From positions 1-22,179 of the forward strand of contig NW_021836990.1 of assembly GCF_006345805.1 (NCBI RefSeq): a stretch of 22,179 nt of DNA. Reading direction: 5' to 3'. The translations under genes were made by a program, and so were the position numbers. The notes below the pieces were generated by a model. That model did no database searches. It worked only from the letters and a program-made list of their open reading frames with translations, and was not told the DNA's origin. Source of the stretch: Octopus sinensis (taxonomy: Eukaryota). Positions 20,698 through 22,179 of this stretch are shown piece after piece. Position 1 is the first letter of the stretch. The number at the start of each line of letters is the position of its first letter.

Positions 20698-20950
20698 CGA
20701 TGACGATGATGATGATGATGATGACGATGACGATGATGATGACGATGATGATGACGATGACGATGATGATGATGATGATGATGATGACGATGACGATGAC
20801 GATGATGATGATGATGATGATGATGATGACAATGATGATGATGACGATGATGATGACGATGACTATGATGATGACGATGATGACGATGATGATGATGATG
20901 ATGATGATGACGATGATGATGACGATGATGATGATGACTATGATGATGAT
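20632..20950. repeat. (GAT)n microsatellite with GAC interruptions, ~320 bp
   Basis: Direct reading. Explains the poly-M/T and poly-S ORFs. Confidence 0.97.
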
Positions 20951-21075
20951 TGTTACTTCGACGCTGTTTCTTGCCCTAATCCTCTCACAAATTAATATTT
21001 ATAAATATCACTTGAGAAAAGAGATTCTTGCGATAGTGAGGTTACAGTCAGAGTTGGGGCTGTGTGACCTTATTG

Positions 21076-21135
<60 letters not shown>

Positions 21136-22179
21136 CCACACACACACTGACGCTGATTCAGCTTAAAAGCGATATAGACAAGACGAACAGTTTACGAAGT
21201 TCCTACTACATTCCATAGGCCACTCCCTTAATGCTACTGCCACTCTCATCACCACCACCACCACCACCACTCCTACCACTACCTCCACCACTTCTTTTCA
21301 TCTTCATCACCGTCCCCACCATTTTCTACAGTTTCCGCTAATTGTCACGCAAACATTTGTAACTGCCGGTGTAAGTGACGACTGCCAATACACCGGGTCT
21401 CTCTCTCTCTCTCTTGTCTTTCTCTCTGTCTCTCTCTCTTTTCTTTCTCTCTGTATCTCTCCCTCTCTTACACACGCGCGCACGCAAACACAAACACTGC
21501 AAACCGTTGCAACCAGAGATGCATGCTTTTACTTGACTGCAACACAACTGCACCGATTGATATACACAACACACGAACAACTTATGTATCGAGTTGGAAA
21601 TACGTTTTACAAGCAGATCTGTAAAAAGCGGTTGGTTAATCCAGCTCGTCTTCTCACACAACACAAATCCTTGCTTTACATAACAGCGTTCTTTCCTTAC
21701 TTTCACTTTCGACGACGTAACAAAGAGAAAACTGCCGGGTCCCCTCCACGTCCATTGGTCTTCGATGTTCTGGGTTTAGGAGTGAAATGTCGCTTACATC
21801 ATACTGCATTCTACTTTCACATGAAAGGAAAGAGAGATACATATCTAGGCTAATGTGTTTCTGGATGTATTTTATATTCTGGATGGATTGTTCGTCTTGA
21901 TCAATTTCCTGAAGTATTTTCATTTAAAAAAAATTACTGTTTTTAAATGTCAGCAACAGTACTTTGTAGTAAAGATTGTTTGCCAACATAACATGGCAGT
22001 CCTGGTTCGAAAATATAAGGACACAGATCGTGTCGTACGGCCAGCTGGAGGCGATGTCTCCTGGGGGTTAAATTACAGCAACTTTCGTCCTAAACCAGGA
22101 CTGCCATGTTATGTTGGCAAACAAGCTTTACTATTTTCATTAAATTTCTTTATTTCTTATTTTAAAAAACGGTAGTTAG

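Noticed and set aside
20515-21218. Poly-Met/Thr and poly-Ser ORFs
   Set aside because: Translation of (GAT)n and (CA)n, with no splice-supported coding context.

Overview
This is eukaryotic genomic DNA, very rich in microsatellites and interspersed repeats. The repeat families resemble, from memory, those of Octopus; that assignment is an inference and was not searched. The only supported protein-coding content is the 3' part of a minus-strand HSPA12-family (atypical HSP70) gene. It has three GT-AG exons (9938-9717, 8199-8025, 3108-2054) that splice in frame to 483 aa plus stop. I could not find the N-terminal exon(s) carrying the first ATP-binding motif, so they probably lie beyond the window end. 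The introns contain a decayed Penelope-like retroelement, a hAT-type MITE with an 8-bp target-site duplication, a probable decayed LINE, many tRNA-derived SINE fragments and about nine copies of an (AAC)n-tailed repeat. They also hold a 420-bp fold-back with a TA-microsatellite core, a local ~140-bp duplication that forms a candidate poison exon, and degenerate minimal hammerhead-ribozyme motifs. Nearly all other ORFs in the track are microsatellite artefacts. There is no CRISPR array, rRNA gene or intact tRNA gene.
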